Of a DNA stretch of 64,000 nucleotides, positions 38,629 to 51,560 are shown piece by piece. The translations under genes were made by a program, and so were the position numbers. The notes under the pieces are model-generated. The model was not told where the DNA came from, made no database searches, and was given only the letters and a program-made list of their open reading frames with translations. Numbering within the stretch: the stretch's first letter is position 1; each line of letters starts with the position of its first letter. Source of the stretch: an uncultured Chloroflexia bacterium (GTDB lineage Bacteria > Chloroflexota > Anaerolineae > JAAYZQ01); assembly GCA_963700285.1 (NCBI GenBank), contig CAVOXA010000010.1:1760001-1824000 (forward strand), read 5' to 3'.

Positions 38629-40228
38629 TCAAAGTGGTTGCCAAAGTCGCACGGCCAGCTTCTGCGCCCGGAGGTCAAAGGCTTCCTTGTCCTCCCAGGT
38701 GTTGCGCGGGTTCAGGATCTCGCTGGGTACGCCGGGGCAGGTTCGCGGCACCAGGATGTGGAACAGCGGATCCTCGTCGTACTCGACGTCCTCCAGCTCT
38801 CCGCTGAGCGCGCAGTGGACGATGGCCCGGGTGATGTCGATGTCCATGCGCGCGCCGACGCCAAAGGGACCGCCGCTCCAGCCGGTGTTGACCAGGTAGA
38901 CCTGCGAGCCATGCTTCTTCATCCGCTCACCCAGCATCGAGGCGTAGACGTCGGGGTTGCGGGGCATAAACGGCTCGCCGAAGAAGCGGGAGAAGGTGCT
39001 GACCGGATCGACGATGCCGGTCTCGGTGCCGGCCAGCTTGCTGGTGTAGCCCATCAGGAACCAGAGCATGGCCTGTTCCGGCGTCAGCTTGGCCACCGGC
39101 GGCAGCACGCCGTTGGCGTCGGCAGTCAGGAACAGGATCGTCTTGGGATGGTCGCCCACGGGCGGGGTCTTGATGTTGCGACAGAAAGCTCAGGGGATAG
39201 GAGGCCCGCGAGTTGGGCGTGTAGCGCTCGTCGTCCACGTCAAAGTCGCCCCAGGGGTACATCATGCAGTTTTCGACGATGGCCCCATGTTCCAGGTAGG
39301 GTGCCTCGTGGAAGACGGCATGCCAGATCTCGGGCTCTTTGTCCTCGCGGAGGTTGATCAGCTTGGCGTAGCAGCCGTTCTCAAAGTTGGCGATGCCGTT
39401 GTCGCTCCAGCCGTGCTCGTCGTCGCCCAGCAGCGCCCGGCGCGGATCGGCCGACAGGGTCGTCTTGCCCGTGCCCGAAAGCCCCAGCAGCAGGGCAATG
39501 TCGCCGTCAGGCCCCTCGTTGGCCGAGCAGTGCAGGGGCAGGATGCCCTCGCCTGGCAGCACATAGTTCATCACGGTGAACATCAGCTTCTTGACGCTGC
39601 CGGCATAGGCCGAGCCAAAGACGACGCCCAGCCGCCGGTCAAAGTCCATGGCCACGGCCATGTCGGAGGTCCGGCCATCGGGCAGCTTGCGCAGCCGGCC
39701 CTCGTACCGGTCGCGATCCAGCTTGTCGTAGGGCACGACGACCAGGGTGAAGCCCCGGTCGGCAAAGACGCTTCGCTCGATGTCGGCGGGCACCGGCCGG
39801 AACATGTTGTCGGTGAACAGCGCCGTCAGCGCCCAATCGCTGACCATCTTGACCGGCAGGGCGTAGGACGGAATCGGCCACCAGCACCCGGTCGGTGACG
39901 TACAGCCGCTTCTTGGCGGAGAGCACCTGGAGCGCATCCTCCATGAGCATGTCAAAGGTCTCGGGCTCCATGGGGATGTTGTTGGGCGAGTCCCAGTCGA
40001 TGTTCGCCCTCGCTCTCCGGGCGGCGGACGATGTAGGTGTCTTTGGGGCTGCGTCCGGTGGACTCGGGCGGCGTCCAGGTGGCCAGCGCGCCATTGGCGC
40101 TGACGATGGCTTCCCGGTTCTTGACGGCTTCCTCGATCATGACACTCCTGGCGGATTGTCCAGGACATCGGGGTGCTTCTGCAACAAGCTGAGCTATTCT
40201 TCTCTTGAATTCCACGTCTAACCTCCAT
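38629..40228 (-). CDS. pckA: Phosphoenolpyruvate carboxykinase (ATP), frameshifted in this sequence
   Basis: STGRSPKD, YAGSVKK, LHCSAN, GLSGTGKTTLSADP, GDDEHGW, FENGCYAK, YLVNTGW over several frames. Confidence 0.9.
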
Positions 40229-40273
40229 TGGTTTCAGTGAGCGACTTGGGTCTGGGTTGCTGCTCCCGCAGGC

Positions 40274-41700
40274 ATGCTTCTACCAGGAAAAGAGTTCGTT
40301 GCCCGCCGGGTACGCCGCCGGGTACCACCTTGCCCGGATTCAGGATGTTCTTGGGATCCAGCGCCTGCTTTGATGCCGGCCATCACGTCGATGGACAGCG
40401 GCCCGATGTCCTGCTCCAGAAAGGCCAGCTTGAGATTGCCCACGCCATGCTCACCCGACAGGGTGCCGCCCAGCCGCACCGAGACGTCAAAGATGTCAGC
40501 CGCGGCCTTTTTCATCTTTTCCACCTGTGCCGGGTCGCGCTTGTCAAAGAGGATGTTGGGATGCAGGTTGCCATCGCCGGCGTGGCCAAAGATGGCGATG
40601 GGGATGTCGTGCTTGCGCGAGATCTCTTTGATGGCCGCCACCGCATCGGGGATGGCGCTGCGCGGCACCGAGATGTCCTCACCCAGCTTGTTGGGCGCCC
40701 GCCGGGCCAGCGAGGGGCTGATGGAGCGCCGCGCCGACCAGAGGGCGGCCCGCTCCTGCTTCGGTGCGGGCCACCTCCACGTCGCGGGCGCCGGTCGCCC
40801 GGCAGATGTCGGCAATGGCCTCGATCTCTTTGAGCACCGACTCCTCGTCCATGCCATCCGCTTCGATGATGAGCATGGCCTCCACGTCCAGCGGCAGGCC
40901 CAGGTGCATGGCCTCCTCGATGGTGGCGATGGTCGTTTCGTCCATCAGCTCGATGGTCGCCGGCATGATGCCGGCGCTGAGGATGTTGTTGACGCACCGG
41001 CTGGCATCGGCCAGCTTGGGAAAGATGGCCTTGGCGGTGCGGGCCACCTTGGGCAGGGGGATCAGCTTCAGGATCAGTTCGGTGATGACGCCCAGCGTCC
41101 CCTCCGAGCCGACAAAGAGCTGGGTCAGGTTGTAGCCGGTCACATTCTTGATGGCCTTGCCGCCGGTCTTGAGCACGCGCCCATCGGCCAGGACCACCGT
41201 CATGCCCATCACATAGTCGCTGGTGACGCCGTACTTGAGGCAGCGAGGCCCGCCGGCGTTGCAGGCCGCATTGCCGCCCAGCGTGCTCTGCTTGATGCTG
41301 CTGGGATCGGGCGGGTAGAACAGCCCCTTCTTGGCCACCGTGTCGGCCAGGTCCTGGGTAATCACGCCTGCCTGGGCCGTAGCGATAAAGTTCACCTCGT
41401 CGATCTCGAGGATGCGATTCAGGCGGCAGGTATCCAGGACCATGCCGCCGATCCAGGGGGATCGAGGCCGCCGCCAGGCCGGAGGCCATGCCCCGCGGCA
41501 CCACCGGGATCTCTTCGCGCCAGGCGACCTTCATCACCTCGCTGACCTGCTCCGTCGAATCGGGGCGGACCACGATATCGGGCCGCTGCTCGGCAAAGGT
41601 GCCATCGTAGGAATAGGCCACCAGATCTTCGGGCTCAGTCAGCACGTGCTTCTTGCCGACGATGGTTTGCAGTTCTTTTAGGATCTGTTTTGTCGATCAT
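40274..41700 (-). CDS. GlcD-like FAD-linked 2-hydroxyacid dehydrogenase, frameshifted (end approximate)
   Basis: YPPDPSS..STLGGN..NAGG..KYGVT, GSEGTLG, GHAGDGNLH, SGEHGVG. Confidence 0.88.
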
Positions 41701-41709
41701 GAGTCCTCG

Positions 41710-43015
41710 TTAATCCTTCTTCGCATTCCGATACGCCTGGGCCAGCAACTGGCTGGGATGGACCACCTTGGCCTCCAGGCCCCGCCGCTTGACGCCCAGG
41801 GTCAACTGCATCTGGCAGCCGGGGCAGCCGCTGGCGACGATCTCGGCCTCGGTCGCGGCCACGTTGTCCATCTTGCGTCTCCAGCACGCCCACCGAGGTG
41901 TGATAGTGGGTGATGAGCTGCGTGCCGGCCGAGCCACAGCAGGTGTCGGCCCCCTCCATCTCGACCAGCTCGACGCCCGCGGCCCGGAGCATCTCGCGGG
42001 GCTGCTCGCGGACGCCCTGGGCCCGGCACAGGTGGCAGGGATCGTGGTAGGTCACGCGGGCATCCACCTTGCCCTCGGGCGGGCGGATGCCGATCTCGGC
42101 CAGGAACTCGCTGATGTCGCGCACCTTGGCGGCGAATTCCTTGGCCCGCTCGGCATAGTCGGGATCGTCGGCCAGCCAGTGGGGATACTCTTTCAGCGAC
42201 GAGCCGCAGGTGGCACAGTCGGTGACGATGGCATCCACATTGAGCCCCAGCAGCAGGTCGATGTTGTGCCGGGCCATCTCCCGCGCCTTCGTCCTTGAAG
42301 CCATAGCCGACCATGGGCATGCCACAGCACTTGACCTTGGCAGGGGATGACCACGTCGCAGCCGTTTTCGGCCAGCACCTCGACCGTGGCCTTGCAGCCC
42401 TCGGCCATCATCACCCCCTGGACGCAGCCCAGGAAAGTAGGCCACGTGCGCCCGCCGCTCTCCCTTGGCCAGAACCACGTCGGGCAGTTGGTGGCGCGTG
42501 CCGCGCAGCGGCAGATTGTTGGGCAGCATCCGCTCCATGTCGCGCAGTTGCGAGGGCAGGATGCTGGTCACGCCGACGGCATTCACCACCTTGCGCAGGC
42601 CGCTGCGCTCGTAGAGCGCCACCGGCTTGGTGAGCAGCTCCAGCAAGCCGGTGCGGGGAAAGATGCCGCGGAAGAGGATCGGCTTGAGCGGCGGCGTCGG
42701 CGTGGCCTGGTGGATGGCATAGCGGGCCTCCAGGCACAGGTCGGCCGGCTTGATGCCCACCGGGCAGATGTCGTTGCAGGCCAGGCAGTCCAGGCAGCGG
42801 TACATGTGGTCCTTAAAGTTCGGGTCAGGTCCAGCTCGCCTTCGATGGCCTTGGCCACCAGGGCCACCCGCCCCCGGGGCGACTCGGTCTCGCGCAGGCT
42901 GTCCTTGTAGGTGGGGCACACCGACAGGCACAGCCCGCAGCGGATGCAATAGTTTACGTCTTCTTGGGTTGGGCCTTCAAACCCATCCCAGGCGGATTTC
43001 GGTGTCTTCTTCCAT
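41710..43015 (-). CDS. GlcF-like Fe-S/CCG subunit, frameshifted (start approximate)
   Basis: CIRCGLCLSVCP, CLDCLACNDICP, YHDPCHL, CCGSAG. Confidence 0.88.
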
Positions 43016-43033
43016 ATCTTCTGTCTCATCTTT

Positions 43034-44367
43034 CTAGGCTGCAATGATCACTTGCGATCCCGGCCATCGTGACCCTATGTCCTGCACAATCGGCAGCGTC
43101 AGCAGGGCATGGGGCACGACCAGCACGTCCAGGTCGTCGCCCAGCTTCTCGCTCGGCCATGGCAAAGGCGGCCTCCATCGTCGGCGCGGCCAGGAACTTG
43201 GCCGAGCGGATCAGCGTCCGGGTCCTCGGCGCCGACGATGATCACATCGTTCTGCTCCAGGACCTTGGCCATGACAAAGGCCCGCTGCTGGCCCGGCGGG
43301 TAGCCGTTCTGCCGGGCGTCATCCAGGATGAACTGCACATCGGGGGCGTCCTGCATCGCCTTCAGGAAACGCTGCTCGCCCACGCCATCGCCTGCGCCCT
43401 CGTCGCACGGCGCCGGGACGATGAAAACGCCGCCCGGCTTGACCACCGGCGTCGGCCCAAAAAAGAGATAGCTGGCCGCCCGGCTGGCCTGGTAGAGGTT
43501 GGCATCCTTGGGATAGCCCACCCCGGCCACGGCCACGTCGTACTGCTGCGGCACCGGCACCTCGTAGAGCGTCTTGGCAAAGGCGACCAATTCCTTGAAG
43601 GTCGCCTCCGGCTCGCCGGCCCGGACGTAGACCACCCGCTTCTGGTCGTCCTGCACGACGTTGACGATGAAGCGCAGGCCGGCCCGCCGCGCCGCCTCGG
43701 TGACCGCCTCGTGGAAGGGGTTGCCCTCGATGCGGCCCAGGCGCGTGCCGGGATGGTCGATCATCTGCGGGCCGTGGGTGTAGGCGATCATCGCCTCGCC
43801 TGCCGCGCCGACGGCCAGCGTCTTGCGCCCGCCCGAGTAGCCGGCGTATTGGTGCGGCTCGACGATGCCGGTGGCGATGAGCAGGTCAGCCTCGTAGGCC
43901 ACCCTGTGGACCGACAGCGGGATGCCGCTCTCGGTCGTGCCCAGGTCCACCAGCGCGTCGGGGTTCAGCGGCTCGTTGTCGATGACCCGGTAGCGGTCGA
44001 CCACCGCCTGGCCCAGCTTGGCGACCTTTTCCTCGGGCGTGCTGGGCCGGTGCAGGCCGATGCCGCACAGCAGGGTGATGTCCTCGTCGCGGACGCCGGC
44101 GGCTTCCAGCTCGGCCAGGATGGGCGGCACCAGCAGATGGTCGGGGCTGGCGCGGGTGATGTCGGTAAAGACGATGCATACCGTGTCGCCCGGCCCGGCC
44201 AGCTCGCGCAGCGGCGGCGAGTTGGTGGGATTCGCCACCGCTTGCGCCACTGCCGCCGGCACATCCTCGATGGGCGGCGCGGTCTTGGATTCGATGACGG
44301 TGCCCCGCCAGCCAGGGGGCAGGTCGAAGGTCAGTTCTCCCTGTGTCAAATGGGACTGTATGTACAT
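43034..44367 (-). CDS. LarA-family Ni-pincer racemase/epimerase, frameshifted near 3' end
   Basis: TDITR, GIGLHR, EPHQYAGYSGGRK, DANLYQA. Confidence 0.88.
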
Positions 44368-44543
44368 ACTCCACTTCTCTCTCACAAACACACAACGCCC
44401 TGGCTTGACAGGGCGTCACTAGCAACACCGTCACGCAAGCCGCCGTTGGCCTGGAAACTTTGTGCTATCGATTCACATTATACCACAGCCTCAAACTGCT
44501 CACAAGAACCACGGGCTCCAAGGCTTGAGAACCTTCAAGGTCG

Positions 44544-44985
44544 TCATTCTCCCGCTTGAACCCTGCCCCGCGCCCTGCTTGTTCTCACTCTCGCTTCCGT
44601 TTTTCCTGCAGTCGCTTTTCCCGCGAGGCTGCCGTGGGGCGTGTTGGCTTTGCGGCGTTTGCGCCGCTTCAGCGCCTGTTGCATCAGGGCCTGGAAGCGC
44701 TCGACGACCTCTTCGCGGTTGCGCCACTGGCTCCGCTCCGACTGGGAGATCAGGTGCAGCACGCCGGCCGAGTCCACGTAGCCAGCCAGCCGCTTCAGCA
44801 CCCGCGCCCGCTGCTCGATCGCTCAGGCTGGGCGAGTTGGCAACGTCAAAAAGCAGTTCCACCCGCGTGGACGACTTTCTGGACGTGCTGACCGCCCGGC
44901 CCGCTGCTCCGCGAGAAGCGAAAGCGCAGCTCGTCCTGGGGGATGCTCACCTCGTCGTTGATCTGCAGGACTCGTCGTTCATCAT
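44544..44985 (-). CDS. arfB: ArfB-like ribosome rescue peptidyl-tRNA hydrolase, frameshifted
   Basis: F..SR..GPGGQHVQKV..RVEL, SQSERSQWRNREE, basic tail. Confidence 0.75.
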
Positions 44986-45093
44986 GCCGACGAGGCCGCC
45001 AAGCGCATCAGGACCGGCAAGATCGATCTGGCAGTCAACTCATATGCCTCGCGTGCTTCGGCGGTCCCGCGCCCATACCTGCCTCTGGCAGCG

Positions 45094-45986
45094 CTACCCG
45101 CTAGACCAGCTGGCCGGGCTCCTGGCGCGTGGCTTCCACTCGGTCGGGTTGCCCCAGTCGGCGGCTTTCCAGGGCATGTTCTCCGGCTGGACCAGCGGCA
45201 GCATCTCGCGGAAGAAGGCCAGCCGCTCCGGGCCGGTCATGGGCGTAAAGCTCTCGGCCACGGCCAGGTCGGCCTCCAGTTCGGCCATCGTCGAGCAGCC
45301 GGCAATGACCGTCGTCAGCGGCAGGGCCAGGGCGTAGCGCAGGGCGCGGTCGGCCACGTGGGCCAGCTTCTTGTAGCCAAAGATCTTCATGCCGATCACG
45401 CCCACGCCCTTCTGCGCCGCCACCGGCAGAAACTCTTCGGCAAAGCTGTAGATAAAGTGATCCAGCACCGAGACCGCCACCAGCGCCGTGTCAAAGGGAA
45501 AGCGGCGCAGGGCTTCGATCTGCACCTGGGGATCGGTGTGGCCGCTGATGCTGATGAAGCGCACCAAGCCCTCCTCGCGGGCCTGGATCATCGCTTCCAG
45601 GGCGCCGCCCTTGCCCGTCATCTGGTCCAGCCGGTCAAAGCCCCAGACGTTGTGCAGCCGCCACTCGTTCACGTGGTCGGTCTGCAGCCGCGTCAGGCTC
45701 TCTTCGAGCTGGCGGCGGGCGCCGTCGCGGGTGGTGTCCCACGTCTTGGTGGCGATCCACATCTCATCGCGGCGGTGCTTGGCCACCATGCCCACCCGCT
45801 CCTCCGATTGGCCCTGGGAGTAGACCCAGGCCGTGTCAAAATAGCGGATGCCCCGGTCCAGCGCCGTGTTGAGGATTTCGATCGGCCTGGTCCTCGGTGC
45901 AGCCCTCTTCGTCCACGACGCGCTGGGCGCCAAAGCTCAGGATGGGGAACGACTCGCCGGTTTTGCCCAAAGGGTCGTGTTTCCAT
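45094..45986 (-). CDS. Aldo/keto reductase, frameshifted
   Basis: GIRYFDTAWVY, WIATK, EESLTRLQTD. Confidence 0.85.
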
Positions 45987-46142
45987 GCCATCACCCTCCC
46001 TCATAGAATGATCATCAATGCACTATCCACATGTCCAGATCGCTCGGCTTCTCCCGAGACCTGACTTCCGTCGTTGAGTATAACACAGCCAGCAGAGTGC
46101 GTCAAAACCAGGTCCCGCGCTTAGGTTGGTTCCAAGAACTCG

Positions 46143-47542
46143 CTACTGAAATTGAGGGAGGTAATCCGCATACTCGGCCAGATACGCGTCGAGGATCGCC
46201 CGGGCAGTGTCCACGTCGTTGATGCAGGGATCCAGCAGAAGCGCCTGGAGTGCCGTCTGCCGGTCGCCGGTGGCGGCAGCGTCCACGGCCAGGCCGGCCA
46301 CGGCGATCTCGCGACGGCACAGTTCGGCGACGGCTTCGGGCAGGGGGCCGATGTTCAGACCACGAATGCCCCAGCCGCCCACCAGCGCCGGTACTTCGAC
46401 AATGGCCCCATCGGGCAGGTTGGCGATGTGCCCCTGGTTGGGAATGTTGACAGCCGATCGGTAGATCTCATTCCCTCCCGTCAGCCCCTCGATGATCTCT
46501 ACCGCCCCTTCGCTCTCCACATTCTTCAGAGCGTCTACAGGCGCTTCGCCTGCAGCCATGGCGGCAATGGATAGCCACTGCTCATCGCGCTCATCGCTTG
46601 GCCCGCTCCCAGTCGTAGAGGTGAAGGTGATACTTTTCCCAGGGCCGGGTCTGTGGATCGTGGCACCAGGGCAGGTACTCGGCCAGGTGGCTGTCGCCGG
46701 GCACGGGACACAGGCCGGTGGCCTGGAAAACAGCGCGGGTGAGCGGCTCAAAACCGGCGGGCAGTGCCATCAATGCCTGGCGGAAGGCAGGGTACAGGTC
46801 CTCTCCACTGCGCCGGTCCGCAAGATCCAAGATCCAGGTAAAGTGGTTGAGTCCGGCCGCCTTGATGTCGACCAGTGGTTTCACCTGGTCGGCCACATAG
46901 CCCGCCTTGGGCCAGATGTCGGGGTGGGCGTTGCTGCTTGACGCCGGGCGGCACGTCAATGCCCAGGCGATCGGCCAGCGCCACGCCGACCATCATGTAG
47001 GCGATGTTGATCTGGTGGCACAGGCCCACGGTCTTGATGCCGGCTGTAGCGACTCACGGCCAGGCACAGGCGCGGCAAAGGGTTGGTGAAAGTTGATGAG
47101 CCAGGCATCGGGGCACAGGCGCTCCATGTCGCGGGCGATGGCCAGCATCTCAGGCACCTGGCGCAGCGTGTGGGCCAGGCCGCCGGGGCCGCCGTTTTCG
47201 CCGTAGGGCTGGCGCACGCCAAACTGGAGCGGAATCTCCCAGTCGCGCTGCCAGAGGCCCTCGCGGGGGCCGGCCTCGATGGAGACGATGACAAAATCGG
47301 CGCCGGGCAGGACCTGTTCGCGCTGCTGTCGAGCTTTCGATGGTCAGGCCGGCGTCCCATTCGCGGTTCAGGCGACGGGCCAGCGCGTCGATCAGGGCCA
47401 GCCCCTCGGCGTTGAGGTCCACCAGGGCCAGGGTGCCGCCCCGCAGCCGGGGACTGCGCACCAGCGTGGCCAGCGTCCCCAGGCCAAAGATGGCGCTCCC
47501 CGCGCCGATGATGACAATGCGAGTTGGCTTGCTTGGTTCCAT
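46143..47542 (-). CDS. Glycoside hydrolase family 4 (alpha-galactosidase-like), frameshifted
   Basis: IIGAGSAIF, GENGGPGG, CPDAWLINFTNP, GLCH, GLNHF, AVNIPNQG..NLP..AIVEVP. Confidence 0.88.
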
Positions 47543-47820
47543 AGACGATTCCTCTCCGCAAGCATGTTGTTACAGGCGCCCATTGTAGCCCCGAGCACCC
47601 AAGAAGTCAACCAACCCCAATGGCCTGTCGCAATGAAGAACACGGGAAGGTGGAACGTCGCCGAGGGGTGGCCGGGGGGTGACCAGCTGGCGAAACAGGC
47701 TGCCCTTCTCCATCAACTGGGCAATCTGTACTGGGGTATTCTTTATTGCTGGTGGGGGGCAGGCTACGACTGCGTGGGTCCTGACCGTCAGCAACAGGTG
47801 CCGTGAAGTGGCTTACCGAA

Positions 47821-47856
47821 AAGCGTGGCAGTGCACCGCGGTACACTGCCACGCTT
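47821..47856 (-). terminator. Hairpin downstream of the LeuD-like gene
   Basis: AAGCGTGGCAGTG / CACTGCCACGCTT. Confidence 0.65.
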
Positions 47857-47875
47857 GGGGTACGATCACCGATGT

Positions 47876-48412
47876 CTAGGCCTGGTCCAGCATCTTGCCA
47901 TAGGCGAACAGGTCGCCGGCCTGGTAGATGTCCATCTGAACTTTGGACAGAGGCTCGGCCTGGAGGACCTGCTGGCCCTTCAGCACCATCTCACCTGTCT
48001 CATAGTCGATCTCGACCTCGTCGCCGTTCTTGAACTGGCCATAGATCTGGCTCAGATCCGGCAGGACGACGATGGGAAAGCCGCTGTTGATGGCGTTGCG
48101 CTTGTAGATGGCGCCATAGCTCTCGGCGACGATGGCGCCAACGCCCAGCGCCCGGAAACAGTCGACCGCCTGCTGGCGACTGGAGCCGGCCCCAAAGTTC
48201 ACGCCGGCCATGACAATATCGCCCGGCCGCGCCTTCTGAGAAAAATCCTCCCAGCCCTTGAGGTTGTCCAGGGCGTACTGGCCCATCTCATCGACGTCGG
48301 TGATGTGCAGGTAGCGGTTGTGGAAGATCATGTCCGTGTCGACATCGTCGTACAGCTCGCCGGAAGGGGTGGTGAGCACCCAAAGACGGCCCTTGACTTC
48401 TGTATCTTTCAT
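47876..48412 (-). CDS. LeuD/HacB-type aconitase-family small subunit
   Basis: DDVDTDMI, NFGAGSSRQQA, IYKRNAINSG. Confidence 0.9.
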   Translation of the reverse strand: MKDTEVKGRLWVLTTPSGELYDDVDTDMIFHNRYLHITDVDEMGQYALDNLKGWEDFSQKARPGDIVMAGVNFGAGSSRQQAVDCFRALGVGAIVAESYGAIYKRNAINSGFPIVVLPDLSQIYGQFKNGDEVEIDYETGEMVLKGQQVLQAEPLSKVQMDIYQAGDLFAYGKMLDQA

Positions 48413-48421
48413 CTGCTCCTC

Positions 48422-49669
48422 CTACCCCTCCGGTACCGTGATCTCGCCGGTGAGGGCGGCCCAGGCCGCCACCGCCGGGCTGGCCAGGTAGTTGTCGCCC
48501 GGCCCCTGCTTGCCGGCAAAGTTGCGGTTGCTTGTCGAGACCTGCACCTGGCCCTGGCCCACCATGCCGATGTGGCCGGAGGCGCAGCCGCCACAGCCGG
48601 GATTGCTCACCACAAAGCCAGCATCAAAGAGGGTCTGCAGCACACCCTCTTGCAGCATCTGGCCATACACCTCGCGGGTTGCCGGCACGGCGGAAGCCAC
48701 CATGCCTGGCGCGATATGCTTGCCCCTGACAATCGCTGCGACGGCGGCAAAATCCTCGTAGCGGCCGTTGGTACACGAGCCGACAAAGATCGAATCGACC
48801 CTGGTTCCGGCCACCTCGCTCACGGGCTTGACGTTGTCTGGCTTGGGCGGGCAGGCGATGAGTGGCTCCAGGCCGGTGATGTCAATCTCGATCTCCTGGG
48901 TGTACTCGGCATCAGGGTCGGCATAGGTGGCCGCCACGTCGTCCCGGCCGGTCCGCTCCCGGCAGTATGCCAGCACCTCCTCGGAGGGCGGGATCAGGCC
49001 GATGATGCCGCCCATTTCAGTCATCATGCTGGCCAGGGTGATGCGGCCTGGCAGGTCCAATGCCTCGATCGCCGGACCACAAAACTCCACGGCCTGGCCC
49101 AGTGCCCCGCTGGCGCCCAACCGCCCCAGGCAAGCCAGGGTCAGCTCTTTGGCAGTGCAGGGCGCCTTGAGTTCGCCCTTGACCATCACCTTCATGCTGT
49201 ACGGCACCTCGAACCAGGTCTTGCCCGCCTTGTAGGCGAAGGCGATGTCCTGGTCGCCCATTCCCTGCCCAAAGGCGCCGATGGCCCCCAGGATGTTCAG
49301 ATGGCTGTCGGTGCCCACAAAGGTAGCCCCCGGCCAGGTCAGGCCGTACTCCAGCGCCACGTGGGAGCCGATGCCCATGTCCACGTCAAAGACACGCACA
49401 CCCTGTTCCTTGGCCCAGTCGCGGCAGATCTGCTGGTTCACGGCATAAGGGATGTTGTTGGCCGGCGTCACCAGGTCAAAGGTAAAAAAGGTCTTGCTCA
49501 CGTCATCTACCGGTGCGTCGCCATAGTTGGCCCGGTAGTTCTTGACCACGTTGGCCCCACCAAAATCCCGTGCGGTGCGCGCGTCCAGTCCCATCCAGAC
49601 GATCTTGCCTGCCTCGACCTCTTCATCCGAATGAGCTTGGATGATCTTTTCAATGATTGTTTTCCCCAT
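48422..49669 (-). CDS. LeuC/HacA-type aconitase-family large subunit
   Basis: VGTDSH, FVGSCTNGR, PGCGGC, STSNRNFAGKQG. Confidence 0.92.
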   Translation of the reverse strand: MGKTIIEKIIQAHSDEEVEAGKIVWMGLDARTARDFGGANVVKNYRANYGDAPVDDVSKTFFTFDLVTPANNIPYAVNQQICRDWAKEQGVRVFDVDMGIGSHVALEYGLTWPGATFVGTDSHLNILGAIGAFGQGMGDQDIAFAYKAGKTWFEVPYSMKVMVKGELKAPCTAKELTLACLGRLGASGALGQAVEFCGPAIEALDLPGRITLASMMTEMGGIIGLIPPSEEVLAYCRERTGRDDVAATYADPDAEYTQEIEIDITGLEPLIACPPKPDNVKPVSEVAGTRVDSIFVGSCTNGRYEDFAAVAAIVRGKHIAPGMVASAVPATREVYGQMLQEGVLQTLFDAGFVVSNPGCGGCASGHIGMVGQGQVQVSTSNRNFAGKQGPGDNYLASPAVAAWAALTGEITVPEG

Positions 49670-49684
49670 AGTTGAACCTCCGGA

Positions 49685-50474
49685 CTAGTCCCCAGTCTCC
49701 AACTCCCGATCCTCCGGCCCATCATATTCGTAGGCCGAGGGCTCGATGCGGCGCATGGGGCGTTCGCGTGTCTTCTCCTCGTAGACCTGGGCGGTGAGGC
49801 CCACCGTGCGGCTGATGGCGAAAAAGCCATTGCCCAACTCGGGCGGGAAGCCCAGCTCGCACATGACAGCGGCAATACCGCCATCCACGTTCATCGGCAG
49901 GTCGCGGCCCAGGCTCTCGTACATGGCCTGGCGCAGGGCGTGGGCCATCTCGATGTACTCACCGGCCACACCGGTCTCTTCAGCCAAAGCGAAAAGGCGC
50001 CTTGTGCGCGGGTCGTCGGTATGCACCCGGTGGCCGTATCCAGGCACGCGGATCTTTTTGGCGCGGAATTCGACCATCTTTTCCCGGGCAGCGGTCAGGG
50101 CATCCAGATCTTGCTCCTGCTTGTAGGCCACCAGCTCATTCAGCACCTTCATGCAGCCCTCGATGGCGCCGCCATGGTGCTGGTTGATGGTCATGATGCC
50201 GCCGGCAATGGCCGTGGTCAGGGGCGCGCCGCCAGATGCAATCGTCCGCGCGGCCAGGGCGCTGGGCGGCGTGACCCCGTGATCCACGGACGAGACCATG
50301 ATGGCATCCATCAGCTTGCCAACCTCAGGGCTGGGCAGCTCGCCCTTGAGGATCAGGTAGACCATCTCGCCAAACGAGATGCGGCCCATCAAGCTCGTCG
50401 ATGCGGTAGCCGCGGACGACTACCTTGTTCGGTTCGATCTTGGTGATTGCGGTTTTCCAGGTTTGTTCGGCCAT
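49685..50474 (-). CDS. Citryl-CoA lyase (citrate-synthase fold), one frameshift
   Basis: WKTAIT..VRGY, DHGVTPPS, HGGAIE, PGYGHRVH..DPR, NVDG. Confidence 0.85.
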
Positions 50475-50584
50475 TGTGCCTCCAGTGTGAAAGGTCAAGC
50501 GTGCTGCATGATTCGTATTGCGTGATGCGAGCTGCAAACTGCAGCCCGCGTCCAAAGCTGCAGTTGGCATGCGGCGCCTGGGCC

Positions 50585-51490
50585 CTACAGTCCCAGTCTG
50601 GCCAGGACCTCTTTTGTCGCTGCCGGCAGGTCGCCAAAGGCGTCCACGACCGTGGCGCCGACGGAGCGCAGGCGGTCGACCTTGCCCTCGTGGGTGCCGC
50701 GCCCGCCCTCGATGATCGCCCCGGCGTGGCTAAAGCGGGTACCGCTCTTGGCTGCCTTGCCGCCGATGTAGGCCACGACCGGCTTGGTCACCTCGCCCGA
50801 TTCGATGAGATCGGCCACCCGTTCCTCCTGGCTGCCGCCGATCTCGCCGAACATGACGATGGCCTTGGTCTCAGGATCTTGCTGGAAGAGCTTGATCACC
50901 TCCGGGTGGGGCAGGCCCACGACGGCGTCGCCGCCCACGTGGACCAGCGTCGTGGCGCCGATGCCCGCCTGGGCCAGGTAGTAGGCCGTGCTGGAGGTCA
51001 TGCCGCCGCTGCGCGAGGTGACGCCCACCGGACCCGGGAAGAACCAGGATCGGGCCGAGGCCGCCCGCCCGCCGATCATGCCCAACACGGCCTTGTCCGG
51101 GCTCAGCACCCCCAGGCTGTTGGGGCCGACGAAGTGGGCGCCCGCCTCTTTGGCTGCATTGGCAATGGCCAGCACATCCCAGATGGGAACCCTGTCGGGG
51201 ATGATGACCAGCAGTTTGACCCCGGCAGCGATGGACTCCAGCGCCGCCGATTTGACGATGGGCGCCGGGATAAAGAGGACCGAGACGTCCAGCGGCCCAG
51301 CCTGTTCCCATGCTTCCTGGACGGTATCGAATACCTGTACCCCTTCGACCTCCTGCCCGCCCTTGCCCGGGGTGACGCCGGCCACGACCTGGGTGCCGTA
51401 TTCGCGCATGAGTTTGGTGCGCTCCATTCCTTCGCGCCCGGTGATGCCTTGAACGAGAACTCGTTTGCTTTGATCGATCAATATGGACAT
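50585..51490 (-). CDS. SucD-like CoA ligase alpha subunit (possible citryl-CoA synthetase small subunit)
   Basis: [39 protein letters not shown]. Confidence 0.88.
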   Translation of the reverse strand: MSILIDQSKRVLVQGITGREGMERTKLMREYGTQVVAGVTPGKGGQEVEGVQVFDTVQEAWEQAGPLDVSVLFIPAPIVKSAALESIAAGVKLLVIIPDRVPIWDVLAIANAAKEAGAHFVGPNSLGVLSPDKAVLGMIGGRAASARSWFFPGPVGVTSRSGGMTSSTAYYLAQAGIGATTLVHVGGDAVVGLPHPEVIKLFQQDPETKAIVMFGEIGGSQEERVADLIESGEVTKPVVAYIGGKAAKSGTRFSHAGAIIEGGRGTHEGKVDRLRSVGATVVDAFGDLPAATKEVLARLGL

Positions 51491-51560
51491 GCTCTATTCC
51501 TCGCTTGTGATTGCTGCCTGTCATACTGCACGGCAGGTCGGGACAAATGGCCAACTTGTC

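Noticed and set aside
47825-49675. Long opposite-strand ORFs (616 aa here; also 43069-44559, 50447-51727, 63329-63937)
   Set aside because: Antisense shadows of well-supported genes in high-GC DNA, with no motifs.
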